Part shown: positions 55,162 through 64,000 of the stretch, one piece after another
Layout of the letters: every line of letters begins with the position of its first letter
Position numbering within the stretch: position 1 is the first letter of the stretch
Source of the DNA: Thermoanaerobaculia bacterium
GTDB lineage: Bacteria > Acidobacteriota > Thermoanaerobaculia > Multivoradales > UBA5704
Direction: 5' to 3'
Assembly: GCA_044226625.1 (NCBI GenBank)
Contig: JBGAGQ010000015.1
Span: forward strand, 1 to 64,000
DNA: 64,000 bases
Position numbers and translations under genes: made by a program
Notes under the pieces: generated by a model
Databases searched by the model: none
Told to the model about the DNA's origin: nothing
Seen by the model: the letters and a program-made list of their open reading frames with translations, nothing else

Positions 55162-56538
55162 ATGGCCCGCCGACCCGTCGTCTACGCCGTATCGCTCCTG
55201 CTGCTCAGCCTCGCCTCGGGTACCGCCTGCGGAAAGCCGGCGCAGAAGCCGAACGTAATCTTCATCCTGCTCGACACGCTGCGCTACGACCGGCTCGGCG
55301 CCTACGGTTACGCCAAACCGACGACGCCGCATCTCGACGCGTTCGCGAAAGAGGGCGTGCTGTTCGAGCAGGCGCGGAGCCAGGCGGCCTGCACCTTCCC
55401 GTCGGTCAATTCGATCCTCACCTCGCGCTGGCCGCTCCACTTCCTGGGCCAGCCGGACAACCAGATCGGAATTCCGAAGGAGTACCCGGCGCTGCCGGAG
55501 ATCCTCCAGTCGAACGGCTACCAGACGCTCGCGGTGACCGCGAGCCCGATCGTGCGGAAGAACCCTTCGCACCACAACATGCACGGCGGCTTCGAGCGGG
55601 GCTTCAACGTTTTCGACGAGTCCTGTCACATCCGGCGGGCGAGCTGCGTCAACCGCCGCGCGTCGCATCACCTGAATCGAATCGATCCGAAGACCCCGTT
55701 CTTCCTCTACCTGCACTACATGGACGTCCATAGCGCCTACATCCCACCGTCGCCGTGGAAAGAGCGCTTCGTCGAGCCCTACCCGGAGGCGCGCCCGTGG
55801 ATCTTGAAAGGGAACCCGCGGCCGATCCGGCGGAGCCTTACGGGGGAGGGGAGGAAGGTCGAGATGTCGGCGCGCGACGTCGCCTACATGAGCGGCCTGT
55901 ACGACGGCGAGCTCGCCTACCTCGACGCCCAGCTCGGCGAGCTGTTCGCCCAGCTCGACAAGGATGGCCTGCTCGATTCCTCGATCGTGGTCGTCGCCGC
56001 CGATCACGGCGAGGAGTTCATGGAGCACGGGCGGATGATCCATTGCGAGGTGCTCTATGAGACCTCGATCCACGTGCCGCTGATCGTCCGGTTCCCTCCC
56101 GCGCTGCGGACGAAAGGCGCCAAAGCGAGGATCGGCGAGCTGGTCGAAAACCTCGACGTCACGCCCACCCTGCTCGACTATCTGGGTATCCAGCCGCCTG
56201 GGCCGGTCGACGGCAAGAGCCTGCGGCCGCTGATCGAGGAGGGGACCCCCCTTCACGACGGGTCGTATTCCCTGCAGTACGCGCAGCGAAGCGCCACCGA
56301 CGGCCGGGGCAAGCTGATCTTCGATCCGGGCACGGGCCGATTCCAGCTGCACATGCTGGCTTCCGACCCCTTGGAGCAGAAGGACGTGCTCGCCGCGGAG
56401 CGCCGGACCTACTTCGCGCTCCGCAAGAAGCTCGAGGCCCGGATGACGGCGCTCGAAGGGGGGCTCGCGACCCAGGGGAGCCTGGAGGCCGCCCGCGAAG
56501 GGGAGCGGCAGCTGAAGGCGCTCGGATACCTTCAGTGA
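55162..56538 (+). CDS. Sulfatase-like (alkaline phosphatase superfamily) lipoprotein
   Basis: DTLR, CTFPS..SILT, HYMDVH, YDGE, ADHGEEF.EHG, LKALGYL. Confidence 0.9.
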   Translation: MARRPVVYAVSLLLLSLASGTACGKPAQKPNVIFILLDTLRYDRLGAYGYAKPTTPHLDAFAKEGVLFEQARSQAACTFPSVNSILTSRWPLHFLGQPDNQIGIPKEYPALPEILQSNGYQTLAVTASPIVRKNPSHHNMHGGFERGFNVFDESCHIRRASCVNRRASHHLNRIDPKTPFFLYLHYMDVHSAYIPPSPWKERFVEPYPEARPWILKGNPRPIRRSLTGEGRKVEMSARDVAYMSGLYDGELAYLDAQLGELFAQLDKDGLLDSSIVVVAADHGEEFMEHGRMIHCEVLYETSIHVPLIVRFPPALRTKGAKARIGELVENLDVTPTLLDYLGIQPPGPVDGKSLRPLIEEGTPLHDGSYSLQYAQRSATDGRGKLIFDPGTGRFQLHMLASDPLEQKDVLAAERRTYFALRKKLEARMTALEGGLATQGSLEAAREGERQLKALGYLQ

Positions 56539-57977
56539 GCCGCGGGCCGCGCAGCCGGCGTAGGGGGGCGGTCGCCGCGATCCCTGCGATCGCCGCGGTC
56601 ACCGCCGCCCTGCTCGGCCTTCTCGGCGGCGCCTGCTCGCCCGAGCGCCGCGCCGCCGAGGCGCCGGTGCGGCCCAACGTCATCTTCCTCCTGCTGGACA
56701 CCCTGCGCGCCGACCGTTTGTCGTCCTACGGCTATCCGAAGCCGACCACGCCTCACCTCGACCGATTCGCTGCCGAGGGGCTGCTGTTCGAGCAGGCGCG
56801 CAGCCAGGCCTCGTGCACGTTCCCGTCCGTCAATTCGATCCTCACCTCGCGCTGGCCGGCACGTTTCTACGGCCAGCCGCAGCAGCGGGTGGGCATCCCC
56901 GACGGGTTCGTCTCGCTGGCCGAGATCCTGGGGGGCGAGGGATACCGGACGATCGCCGTCTCGGCGAGCCCGATCGTGCGCAAGAGCACTTCGCCGTTCA
57001 ACCTGCACGGCGGCTTCGACCGAGGATTCGAGATCTTCGACGAGAGCTGCTTCAACCGTCGCGCCGACTGCCTCAACCGCCGCGTGCATCGCCATCTGAA
57101 TCACCTGACGCCTCCCGGGGCGCCGTTCTTCCTCTATCTGCACTACCAGGACGTCCATAGCCCGTACGCCCCGCCGTCTCCCTGGCGCGAGCGGTTCCAG
57201 CCGAAAGCGGCGACCGCAGCCGTTCGGGATTGGGCGCTCGCGGGCAACCCGCAGCCGATCCTCTCGAGCCTGTTGGGCGAAGGGCCGAAGGTCGAGCCGA
57301 CTCCCCTCGAGGTCGAGACGTTGAGCTCGCTCTACGACGGGGGGCTCGCCGAGCTGGACGAGCAGCTGGGTTTGCTGTTCGACGACCTGCGCGCCCGCGC
57401 TCTGCTCGACTCTTCGATCGTGGTGATCGCCTCCGACCATGGCGAGGAGTTTCTGGAGCACGGCCGCATCCTGCACTGCGAGACGCAGTTCGAGACTTCC
57501 ATCCATGTGCCGCTGATCGTGCGCCTGCCGCGTCTGCAGACAGCGGAGCGTCACGGGCGGTTCACCGCGCTGGTCGAAAATCTCGACCTGGTGCCAACGA
57601 TCGTCGACTATCTGGGTCTCGCTCCGGGGGTCCCGTTCGAGGGGAAGAGCCTCCGTCCGTTGATCGAGCGCGGAGAGGCGGTCCACGAGACGACCGAATC
57701 GCTCCAATACGCGCTGCGCAGCGCGACCGACGGCAGGGCGAAGCTGATCTACGACGCCTCCCGGCCGCCAGGAGCGAGAGGGCGATACGCCCTGTTCGAT
57801 CTGACCTCCGATCCGACAGAGCTACGCGATCGGCTCGCCGCCGAACCGGATCTCTTTCGGCGCCTGCGCTCCCGTCTCGAAACGCGCTTGAAAGCCGCCG
57901 AAGGGGACCTTTCGGGATCGCTCGACGCCGCGCGGGAGAGTGAGAAGGATCTGAAATCGCTCGGCTATCTGCACTGA
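56535..57977 (+). CDS. Sulfatase-like lipoprotein, tandem paralog
   Basis: Same motifs; near-identical CTFPSVNSILTSRWP block. Confidence 0.9.
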   Translation: MSRGPRSRRRGAVAAIPAIAAVTAALLGLLGGACSPERRAAEAPVRPNVIFLLLDTLRADRLSSYGYPKPTTPHLDRFAAEGLLFEQARSQASCTFPSVNSILTSRWPARFYGQPQQRVGIPDGFVSLAEILGGEGYRTIAVSASPIVRKSTSPFNLHGGFDRGFEIFDESCFNRRADCLNRRVHRHLNHLTPPGAPFFLYLHYQDVHSPYAPPSPWRERFQPKAATAAVRDWALAGNPQPILSSLLGEGPKVEPTPLEVETLSSLYDGGLAELDEQLGLLFDDLRARALLDSSIVVIASDHGEEFLEHGRILHCETQFETSIHVPLIVRLPRLQTAERHGRFTALVENLDLVPTIVDYLGLAPGVPFEGKSLRPLIERGEAVHETTESLQYALRSATDGRAKLIYDASRPPGARGRYALFDLTSDPTELRDRLAAEPDLFRRLRSRLETRLKAAEGDLSGSLDAARESEKDLKSLGYLH

Positions 57978-57981
57978 GCCG

Positions 57982-58977
57982 TCAGTTGATCCACTCCTTG
58001 GGCTCTCGACGGACGTCTAGGACCTCGTCGTCTTCTTCGAGCGGATCCTCGTCGTCGGGCGGCTCGGGAGCGGCTTCGGCACGAAGCGCGGCCAGATCGT
58101 CCTCGAGCGCCCAGGCCTCTTTGAGCTTGCGGTCCCGCTCCTTCCTCTTCTTGAACGCGACCAGGGCGAGCGCCGTGATCCCGAACCAGAGGGCGGTCGA
58201 GCTGGTGAGCAGGGGAACCCAGCGATTCCAGAGCGTCCGCCGCCGCCAATACGAGGCCTCGACCGAGGCGAGCGGCTCGCCGACCGCTTCGACGAACGCG
58301 GTCTCGAAGTCCTCCCCCTGGGAGATTCCGGCGAGGATCCTCGGCGCCACCTCCGGCCCCTGTCGGACGAGGAGGTCGGCGACGAAATCTCCCGCGAGCG
58401 CATAGGCCGCCTGGACCTCGGCGCTCGCGCCGACGAACCGCGAATCGAGCTCCGCGAGCGTGGTTCGCCCGTCGATCAGGATCGCCCAGGCGGTCCGGGA
58501 CCGGTCTTCGAGGCCGCGCCCCCGGCCGGCGGCCATCGCGAGCCCTTCGTGAAACCAGCGCGGTACCGGGCGCCCGGCGGCGGCCCGGTCGATCAGCACG
58601 TGGGCCACCTCGTGCTGGACCAGAGCGTCGAAATCGTCGTCCGGGTATTTTCGTGTCCGGGCGGGGAAGAGGACCACTCGGCCCGCCGGACCGGTCGCGT
58701 ATCCCGAGATCCAAAGCGGAACCTCGCGCGCGAGCACCGAGCTTTCCGGCGCGAGAACCACCCGGATCGGCGCCAGATCCTCCGCGCCGGTCAAGCGCAT
58801 CGCGGGCTCGAGGAGGGCTGGATCGAACTGTTCCACCCTCTTGGCGAGAGCCGAAAGCTCCCGAGGAGCCTCCACGATCAGGCGAGGCGGTGCCACCGAT
58901 GCGCCAGCCATCGAAGCGCAGGACAGAGTCAGAACGAGCCCGATCCCAATCGACCGAAGCAGAGTCTTCAAGACCAC
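57982..58977 (-). CDS. Peptidase MA-like (gluzincin) exported protein with C-terminal TM helix
   Basis: HEVAH, PRWFHEGLA; signal peptide. Confidence 0.8.
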   Translation of the reverse strand: MVLKTLLRSIGIGLVLTLSCASMAGASVAPPRLIVEAPRELSALAKRVEQFDPALLEPAMRLTGAEDLAPIRVVLAPESSVLAREVPLWISGYATGPAGRVVLFPARTRKYPDDDFDALVQHEVAHVLIDRAAAGRPVPRWFHEGLAMAAGRGRGLEDRSRTAWAILIDGRTTLAELDSRFVGASAEVQAAYALAGDFVADLLVRQGPEVAPRILAGISQGEDFETAFVEAVGEPLASVEASYWRRRTLWNRWVPLLTSSTALWFGITALALVAFKKRKERDRKLKEAWALEDDLAALRAEAAPEPPDDEDPLEEDDEVLDVRREPKEWIN

Positions 58978-59121
58978 GAAGTGAAGTCTAGCCGGTCACG
59001 CGCTCAACGACCCGCTCCATCTGCCACCGTCGGTCGTCTGGCGGGTCGCGCTCGCCGGGAGGGATGGAGGTGCCCCTAGGACGGGCCGAGTCCTGTTTAA
59101 GCGAAGAGTGTTATGAGGCTC

Positions 59122-60472
59122 GTCCGTTGGGCAGCCTCCATCCTTCCCAGAGCGCGACCCGCGTGCCACACCCGCTCCCGTCGACGAGGAGCTTTGCCCG
59201 TAGAACCGGCCCAACGGGCCGGCAGAACCCAGCCCAGGGCTGAGGCCGAAGGCCGATGCCCTGGGTTGAAGGGCATCAGGAGTCCGCGGCCTGAAAGGCC
59301 GCTAGATCGATGGCGACGATGGGCCGATCCACGGAGCACGGGTTTGCGCCCCGTCTAGCGGCCTTTCAGGCCGCGGAAATTTGTGGTCTTTCGGTCCCAG
59401 GGCATCGGCCTTCGGCCTCAGCCCTGGGCTGGGTTCTACCGGCCCGTTGGGCCGGTCCGTAGGGCACCCTCCTTGCCTCTCAGAGCGCGCCCTGCGTACC
59501 ACCACTGCTCCCGTCGGCGAGGAGCTTTGCGCACAGAGCCGGCCTAACGGGCCGAAAGAATTCAGCCCAGGGCTGAGGCCGAAGGCCGATGCCCTGGGTT
59601 GTAGGGCATCAGGAGTCCGCGGCCTGAAAGGCCGCTAGATCGATGGCGACGATGGGCCAGCCCACGGAGCGCGGGTTTGCGCCCGTCTAGCGGCCTTTCA
59701 GGCCGCGGAAATTTGTGGTCTTTTCGTTCCCAGGGCATCGGCCTTCGGCCTCAGCCCTGGGCTGGGTTCTGCCGGCCCGTTGGGCCGGTCCGTAGGGCAG
59801 CCTCCTGCCCCCCAGAGCGCGCGCCCCGCGTACCACACCCGCTCCCGTCTGCGGGGAGCTTTGCCCGTAGAGTCGGCCCAACGGGCCGAAAGAATTCAGC
59901 CCAGGGCTGAGGCCGAAGGCCGATGCCCTGGGTTGTAGGGCATCAGGAGTCCGCGGCCTGAAAGGCCGCTATATCGATGGCGACGATGGGCCGATCCACG
60001 GAGCGCGGGTTTGCGCCCCGTCTAGGGCCCGTTGGGCCGGTCCGTTGGGCAGCCTCCTTGCCCCCCAGAGCGCGCCCCGCGTACCACACCCGCTCCCGTC
60101 GGCGAGGAGCTTTGCCCGTAGGACCGGCCCAACGGGCCGGAAGAATTCAGCCCAGGGCTGAGGCCGAAGGCCGATGCCCTGGGTTGTAGGGCATCAGGAG
60201 TCCGCGGCCTGAAAGGCCGCTAGATCGATGGCGACGATGGGCCAGCCCACGGAGCGCGGGTTTGCGCCCCGTCTTGCGGCCTTTCAGGCCGCCGAAATTT
60301 GTGATTTTTCGGTCCCAGGGCATCGGCCTTCGGCCTCAGCCCTGGGCTGGGTTCTGCCGGCCCGTCGGGCCGGTCCGTAGGCCAGCCTCCATCCCTCCCG
60401 GGTGCGACCCGCGTACCGCCACCGCTCCCGTCGGCGAGGGGCTTTGCGCGCAGAACCGGCCCACCGGGCCGG
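59122..60472. repeat. BIME/REPIN-like array: 333-bp tandem units each holding an inverted pair of ~100-bp palindromic elements
   Basis: Unit starts 59122, 59455, 59788, 60040, 60373; core AGCCCAGGGCTGAGGCCGAAGGCCGATGCCCTGGG four times forward, three times reverse. Confidence 0.93.
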
Positions 60473-60537
60473 TTCGTGCCGCGCCGGGCCGCCATCGCCA
60501 ATCCTTGCTACGATAGGAGCGTAAACGCGGCGGCATC

Positions 60538-63500
60538 GTGCACAACGCTCTCTTCTTTCCCCCCAACCTCGATTTCAAGAAGATCGCCGCCGATCTCGAG
60601 GCCGATCCTCGCCTGGGAGCGCGCATCGTCCACTCCGCCGCGCTCCCCCCCGTGCCGGTCCGCTACGGTGAGCTCGATCCGCCGCTGCCCGTTCCGATCG
60701 CCGCCGCGCTCGCCCGAGAGGGGGTTACCCGGCTCTGGAGCCATCAGACCGAGGCGATCGCCGCCGCGCGCCGTGGGGAGAACGTCCTGGTGACGACCCC
60801 CACGGCCTCGGGCAAGTCGCTGGTGTTCCAGGTCCCCGTGCTCGAAGAGGCGCTCGCGCAGGGGCCCGGGCGGGCTCTGTTTCTCTTCCCGCTCAAGGCG
60901 CTGGGGCAGGATCAGCGAGGCAAATTCCGCGACCTCGCCGCCGCGTGCGGCCTGTCGCCGGACGAGGCGGGGTGCGAGATCTACGACGGCGACACGAGCC
61001 CGAACCAGCGGGCCGCGATCCGCCGACGCTTCCCGCGGGTCCTGATCACCAACCCCGACATGCTGCATCTCGGGATCCTCGCCCACTGGACCTCGTGGGG
61101 GCCGTTCCTCGCCGACCTGCGCTGGATCGTGCTCGACGAGCTGCACACCTACCGCGGAATCTTCGGCAGCCATTTCCATCACACGCTCGCCCGGCTGCTG
61201 CGCCTCGCCCGGGCGCTCGGCGCCGAGCCTCGGGTGATCGCCTCGTCGGCCACCGCGGGAAACGCCGCCGAGTTCGCCGAGGCTCTCGCCGGGGCGCCGT
61301 TTCATTGGGTGGAGGAGACGGGGGCTCCGCGCGAGGGGCGCCGTTTCCTCCTGCTCCAACCGGAGGTGAGCCCGTATACCTCGGCGCTCAACCTCTTCGT
61401 CGAGCTGCTGAAGCGGGGCGCCAAGACCATCGTCTTCACCAAGGCGAGGCGCATCACCGAGCTGCTCTACTCCTGGCTGAGGAAGCGCGAGCCCGACCTC
61501 GCGCGGCGGGTGTCGGCCTACCGGTCGGGCTTCCTTCGCGAGGAGCGGCGGCGGATCGAGGGAGATCTCTTCGCCGGCCGGCTCGACGGCGTGATCGCGA
61601 CCTCGGCGCTCGAAATGGGGATCGACATCGGTGGGCTCGACGCCTGCGTGCTGGTCGGCTATCCCGGAAGCGTCATGTCCACCTGGCAGCGCTCGGGCCG
61701 CGCCGGACGCTCGGGTCGCGAATCGCTCACCGCGCTCATCGCCCTGCCGGACGCGCTCGATCAGTATTACCTCGCTCATCCCGACCAGCTCCTGGGCCGG
61801 CCCTGCGAGCGCCTGGTGGTCGATCCCGCGAACGCTCCGGTCTCTCGCGCGCACCTGCTCTGCGCCGCCGCCGAGCTGCCGCTCGAAGGAGCGCTCGACG
61901 CCGCCTATCTCGCACCGCACGAGGCGACGATCCGTTCCATGCTGGTACGGGGCGAGCTGTTCCAGGGGGAAGGAGGAGAGCTCTTCACCCTCCGCCAGCG
62001 CCCGCAGCGTTTGGTCTCGCTCCGCGGCACGGGCGACAGCTACACGATCGAAGACGTCGAGGCCGGACGGACGATCGGCACGATCGACGGCATCCGCGCG
62101 CTCCGCGAATGCCACCCGGGGGCGATTTACCTGCACGCCGGCCGCCAGTATCAGGTGAACGAGATGAACGGCGAGGAGCGACGGATTCTCGCCGAGCCGG
62201 TCGACGTCGATTGGTTCACCACCGCGCTCATGTCGAAGGAGACGGAGATCCTCGAAGTGCTGGGCGAGCGAACCGACGGCATCGCGGGCCGCCTGGTCGC
62301 CTCTCTCGGCCGGCTCAAGGTGACCGAGCGGGTGGTGGGATACGAGCGCCGACGGGTCGGCACCCTCGAACGGCTCGATCGCCACGAGCTCGACTTTCCG
62401 CCCATGGTCAGCGAGACCGTGGGGCTCTGGTGGCGCGCGCCGCGGGAGTTCGAAGAGGCGCTCCGGAGGACCGGAGAGGATTTCATGGGCGCGCTCCACG
62501 CCTCGGAGCACGCGGCGATCTCGCTCTTCCCGCTGCTCGCGATCTGCGACCGGAACGACCTCGGCGGGATCTCGACCCCGTTCCATCCGCAGGTGGGTTG
62601 CGGCGCGGTTTTCCTCTACGACGGCCATTCGGGCGGCGTCGGCATCACCGCGAAGGGTTTCGAGAACCTTCCCGAGCTGCTCGGCCGCGTGCTCGAGCTG
62701 CTCGAAGGGTGCCCGTGCGAATCCGGTTGTCCGAGCTGCGTCCAGTCGCCGAAATGCGGCAACGGCAACCGGCCGCTCGACAAGGCGGGGGCCGCCCGCG
62801 TCGTGCGTTTCCTGCTCGAGCGGGAAGAGCTCGAGCCCTCGGACTTCGCCGCGGCGGCCGCGCGGGAGGCGGCCGAGGTCGCGCAAGCTGCCCTCGCCGT
62901 AGGGGAGCCCGAGGGGTGGTGGTCGGGCGGGGAGACCCGCACGGCGAAGCGGATGAGAGATTTCCTCGCCAAGCCAACCGGGATGCCGAAGGCTGGTGAG
63001 GGCGTCGACGAGGCCGAGTCTCCATCGCCGGTCCGGCTTCACCTGCAGGCCCTGTCGAGAAACGGGAGAGAGGGGAGCGCGAAGAACGGAGCGGCTCTGC
63101 TCCCTTCACCCGCAAAGAGAGCCGCCAAGGATCTGAGCCGGCCGAGCGACGGCCGCCCCGAGCGGACCATCCTGTTCGACCTCGAAACCCTCCGCTCGGC
63201 GGCGGAGGTCGGAGGATGGCACCGCGCCGATCGGATGGGTGTGGCGGTGGGCGTTCTCTACTTCTTGGAGGAGGACCGCTTCGAGACTTACCGCGAGGAT
63301 CGGGTGGGCGATCTGGTGGCCGCGTTGAAGAGCGCCACGCGGGTGGTCGGCTTCAACAGCCGCCGCTTCGACTACCGCGTGCTCGAAGGGTACGCCGGAC
63401 GGGGGCTCGGCCGGCAGCTCCCGACTCTCGATCTGCTCGAAGAGGTCCGCCGGGTCGCCGGCTTCCGCATGAAGCTCGATCACCTCGCCCAGGAGACGCT

Positions 63501-63696
63501 CGGCGCCGCCAAATCGGCCGACGGCCTTCAATCGCTCGCCTGGGTGGCCGAAGGACGGTTCGATCAGGTGGAGGAGTACTGCCGCCACGACGTCGAGATC
63601 CTGCGCGATCTGTTCCTGTTTGGGCGGCGCGAGGGGTATCTCATGTTCCGCGACAAGCGCCGCGACGTGCGGCTCCGCCTGCCGGTCTCTTGGTAG
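60538..63696 (+). CDS. DEAH-box helicase with DUF1998 Zn domain (MrfA/SftH-like) fused to a YprB/MrfB-like RNase H-fold exonuclease
   Basis: TASGKS, DELH, SAT, QRSGRAGR, CPC..GCPSC, then FDLET, GFNS.RFD, YC..DV. Confidence 0.92.
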   Translation: MHNALFFPPNLDFKKIAADLEADPRLGARIVHSAALPPVPVRYGELDPPLPVPIAAALAREGVTRLWSHQTEAIAAARRGENVLVTTPTASGKSLVFQVPVLEEALAQGPGRALFLFPLKALGQDQRGKFRDLAAACGLSPDEAGCEIYDGDTSPNQRAAIRRRFPRVLITNPDMLHLGILAHWTSWGPFLADLRWIVLDELHTYRGIFGSHFHHTLARLLRLARALGAEPRVIASSATAGNAAEFAEALAGAPFHWVEETGAPREGRRFLLLQPEVSPYTSALNLFVELLKRGAKTIVFTKARRITELLYSWLRKREPDLARRVSAYRSGFLREERRRIEGDLFAGRLDGVIATSALEMGIDIGGLDACVLVGYPGSVMSTWQRSGRAGRSGRESLTALIALPDALDQYYLAHPDQLLGRPCERLVVDPANAPVSRAHLLCAAAELPLEGALDAAYLAPHEATIRSMLVRGELFQGEGGELFTLRQRPQRLVSLRGTGDSYTIEDVEAGRTIGTIDGIRALRECHPGAIYLHAGRQYQVNEMNGEERRILAEPVDVDWFTTALMSKETEILEVLGERTDGIAGRLVASLGRLKVTERVVGYERRRVGTLERLDRHELDFPPMVSETVGLWWRAPREFEEALRRTGEDFMGALHASEHAAISLFPLLAICDRNDLGGISTPFHPQVGCGAVFLYDGHSGGVGITAKGFENLPELLGRVLELLEGCPCESGCPSCVQSPKCGNGNRPLDKAGAARVVRFLLEREELEPSDFAAAAAREAAEVAQAALAVGEPEGWWSGGETRTAKRMRDFLAKPTGMPKAGEGVDEAESPSPVRLHLQALSRNGREGSAKNGAALLPSPAKRAAKDLSRPSDGRPERTILFDLETLRSAAEVGGWHRADRMGVAVGVLYFLEEDRFETYREDRVGDLVAALKSATRVVGFNSRRFDYRVLEGYAGRGLGRQLPTLDLLEEVRRVAGFRMKLDHLAQETLGAAKSADGLQSLAWVAEGRFDQVEEYCRHDVEILRDLFLFGRREGYLMFRDKRRDVRLRLPVSW

Positions 63697-63749
63697 AGTC
63701 TGCCGCTCGCGGCGATCCGCCGCGGATCCTCGACGGAGATCGAACCTCG

Positions 63750-64000
63750 ATGCGCTTGCAGCCCCTACGCCCGTGGATCGGCGCCTTGGCCCTGAGCTTC
63801 GCCCTCGCGGCGGCCTCCGCGACGGCTGTCCCGCCGGTGAGGAAGATCACGCTCCAGGCGAAGAAATACGACTGGATCCCTGCCTCTCTGCAGCTCAAGG
63901 TCGGCCAACCGGTCGAGCTGACGCTCATCTCCCTGGACGTCCCGCACGGGATCTCCTCCCGCGAGCTGGGCATTCCGCCGACTAACTTCAAGAAGGATCA
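63750..64000 (+). CDS. Exported cupredoxin-domain protein (COX2-like), truncated by window end
   Basis: Signal peptide; AKKYDW.P, LKVGQPV.L.L.S.DVPHG. Confidence 0.75.
   Translation, partial: MRLQPLRPWIGALALSFALAAASATAVPPVRKITLQAKKYDWIPASLQLKVGQPVELTLISLDVPHGISSRELGIPPTNFKKD

Noticed and set aside
54586-56352. Long overlapping N-terminal extensions of rpiB and the first sulfatase-like gene
   Set aside because: Each extension is antisense to the other gene; true starts are 55101 (-) and 55162 (+)
59122-60472. CRISPR array, or the short ORFs listed across the repeat
   Set aside because: Intervening segments are themselves repeated and elements alternate in orientation; ORFs are repeat translations

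Overview
High-GC bacterial DNA, gene-dense, with no rRNA, tRNA, CRISPR array or intact transposase that I can see. The gene content (TPR-CHAT proteases, ELWxxDGT and BNR repeat proteins, Thr-type sulfatase-like proteins, long REP-like palindromes) suggests an Acidobacteriota/Thermoanaerobaculia-like genome; that is inference only. About 46 credible CDS. Housekeeping-type genes: FMN reductase, P-type ATPase, RluA-family synthase, Ser/Thr dehydratase, CBS/DHH tRNA nucleotidyltransferase, rsmD, blaI/blaR-like pair, PaoABC-like molybdoenzyme, murB, rpiB, DUF1998 helicase-exonuclease fusion. The left half is accessory and protease-rich. Main candidates for undescribed systems: (1) an operon of ECF sigma, membrane anti-sigma-like protein, lipoprotein TPR-CHAT protease and lipoprotein subtilase (5176-11596); (2) an AT-richer block with a non-coding ~17 x 20-bp tandem array upstream of a second TPR-CHAT gene and an unknown-domain/trypsin fusion split by one in-frame TGA, bordered by gene remnants (30800-36592); (3) a small six-Cys secreted prepropeptide divergent from an ABC-permease/M1-aminopeptidase fusion. 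Also present: a 333-bp-period nested-palindrome array (59122-60472) and repeated signs of leaderless transcription. All product calls come from motifs read by eye; no database search was run.
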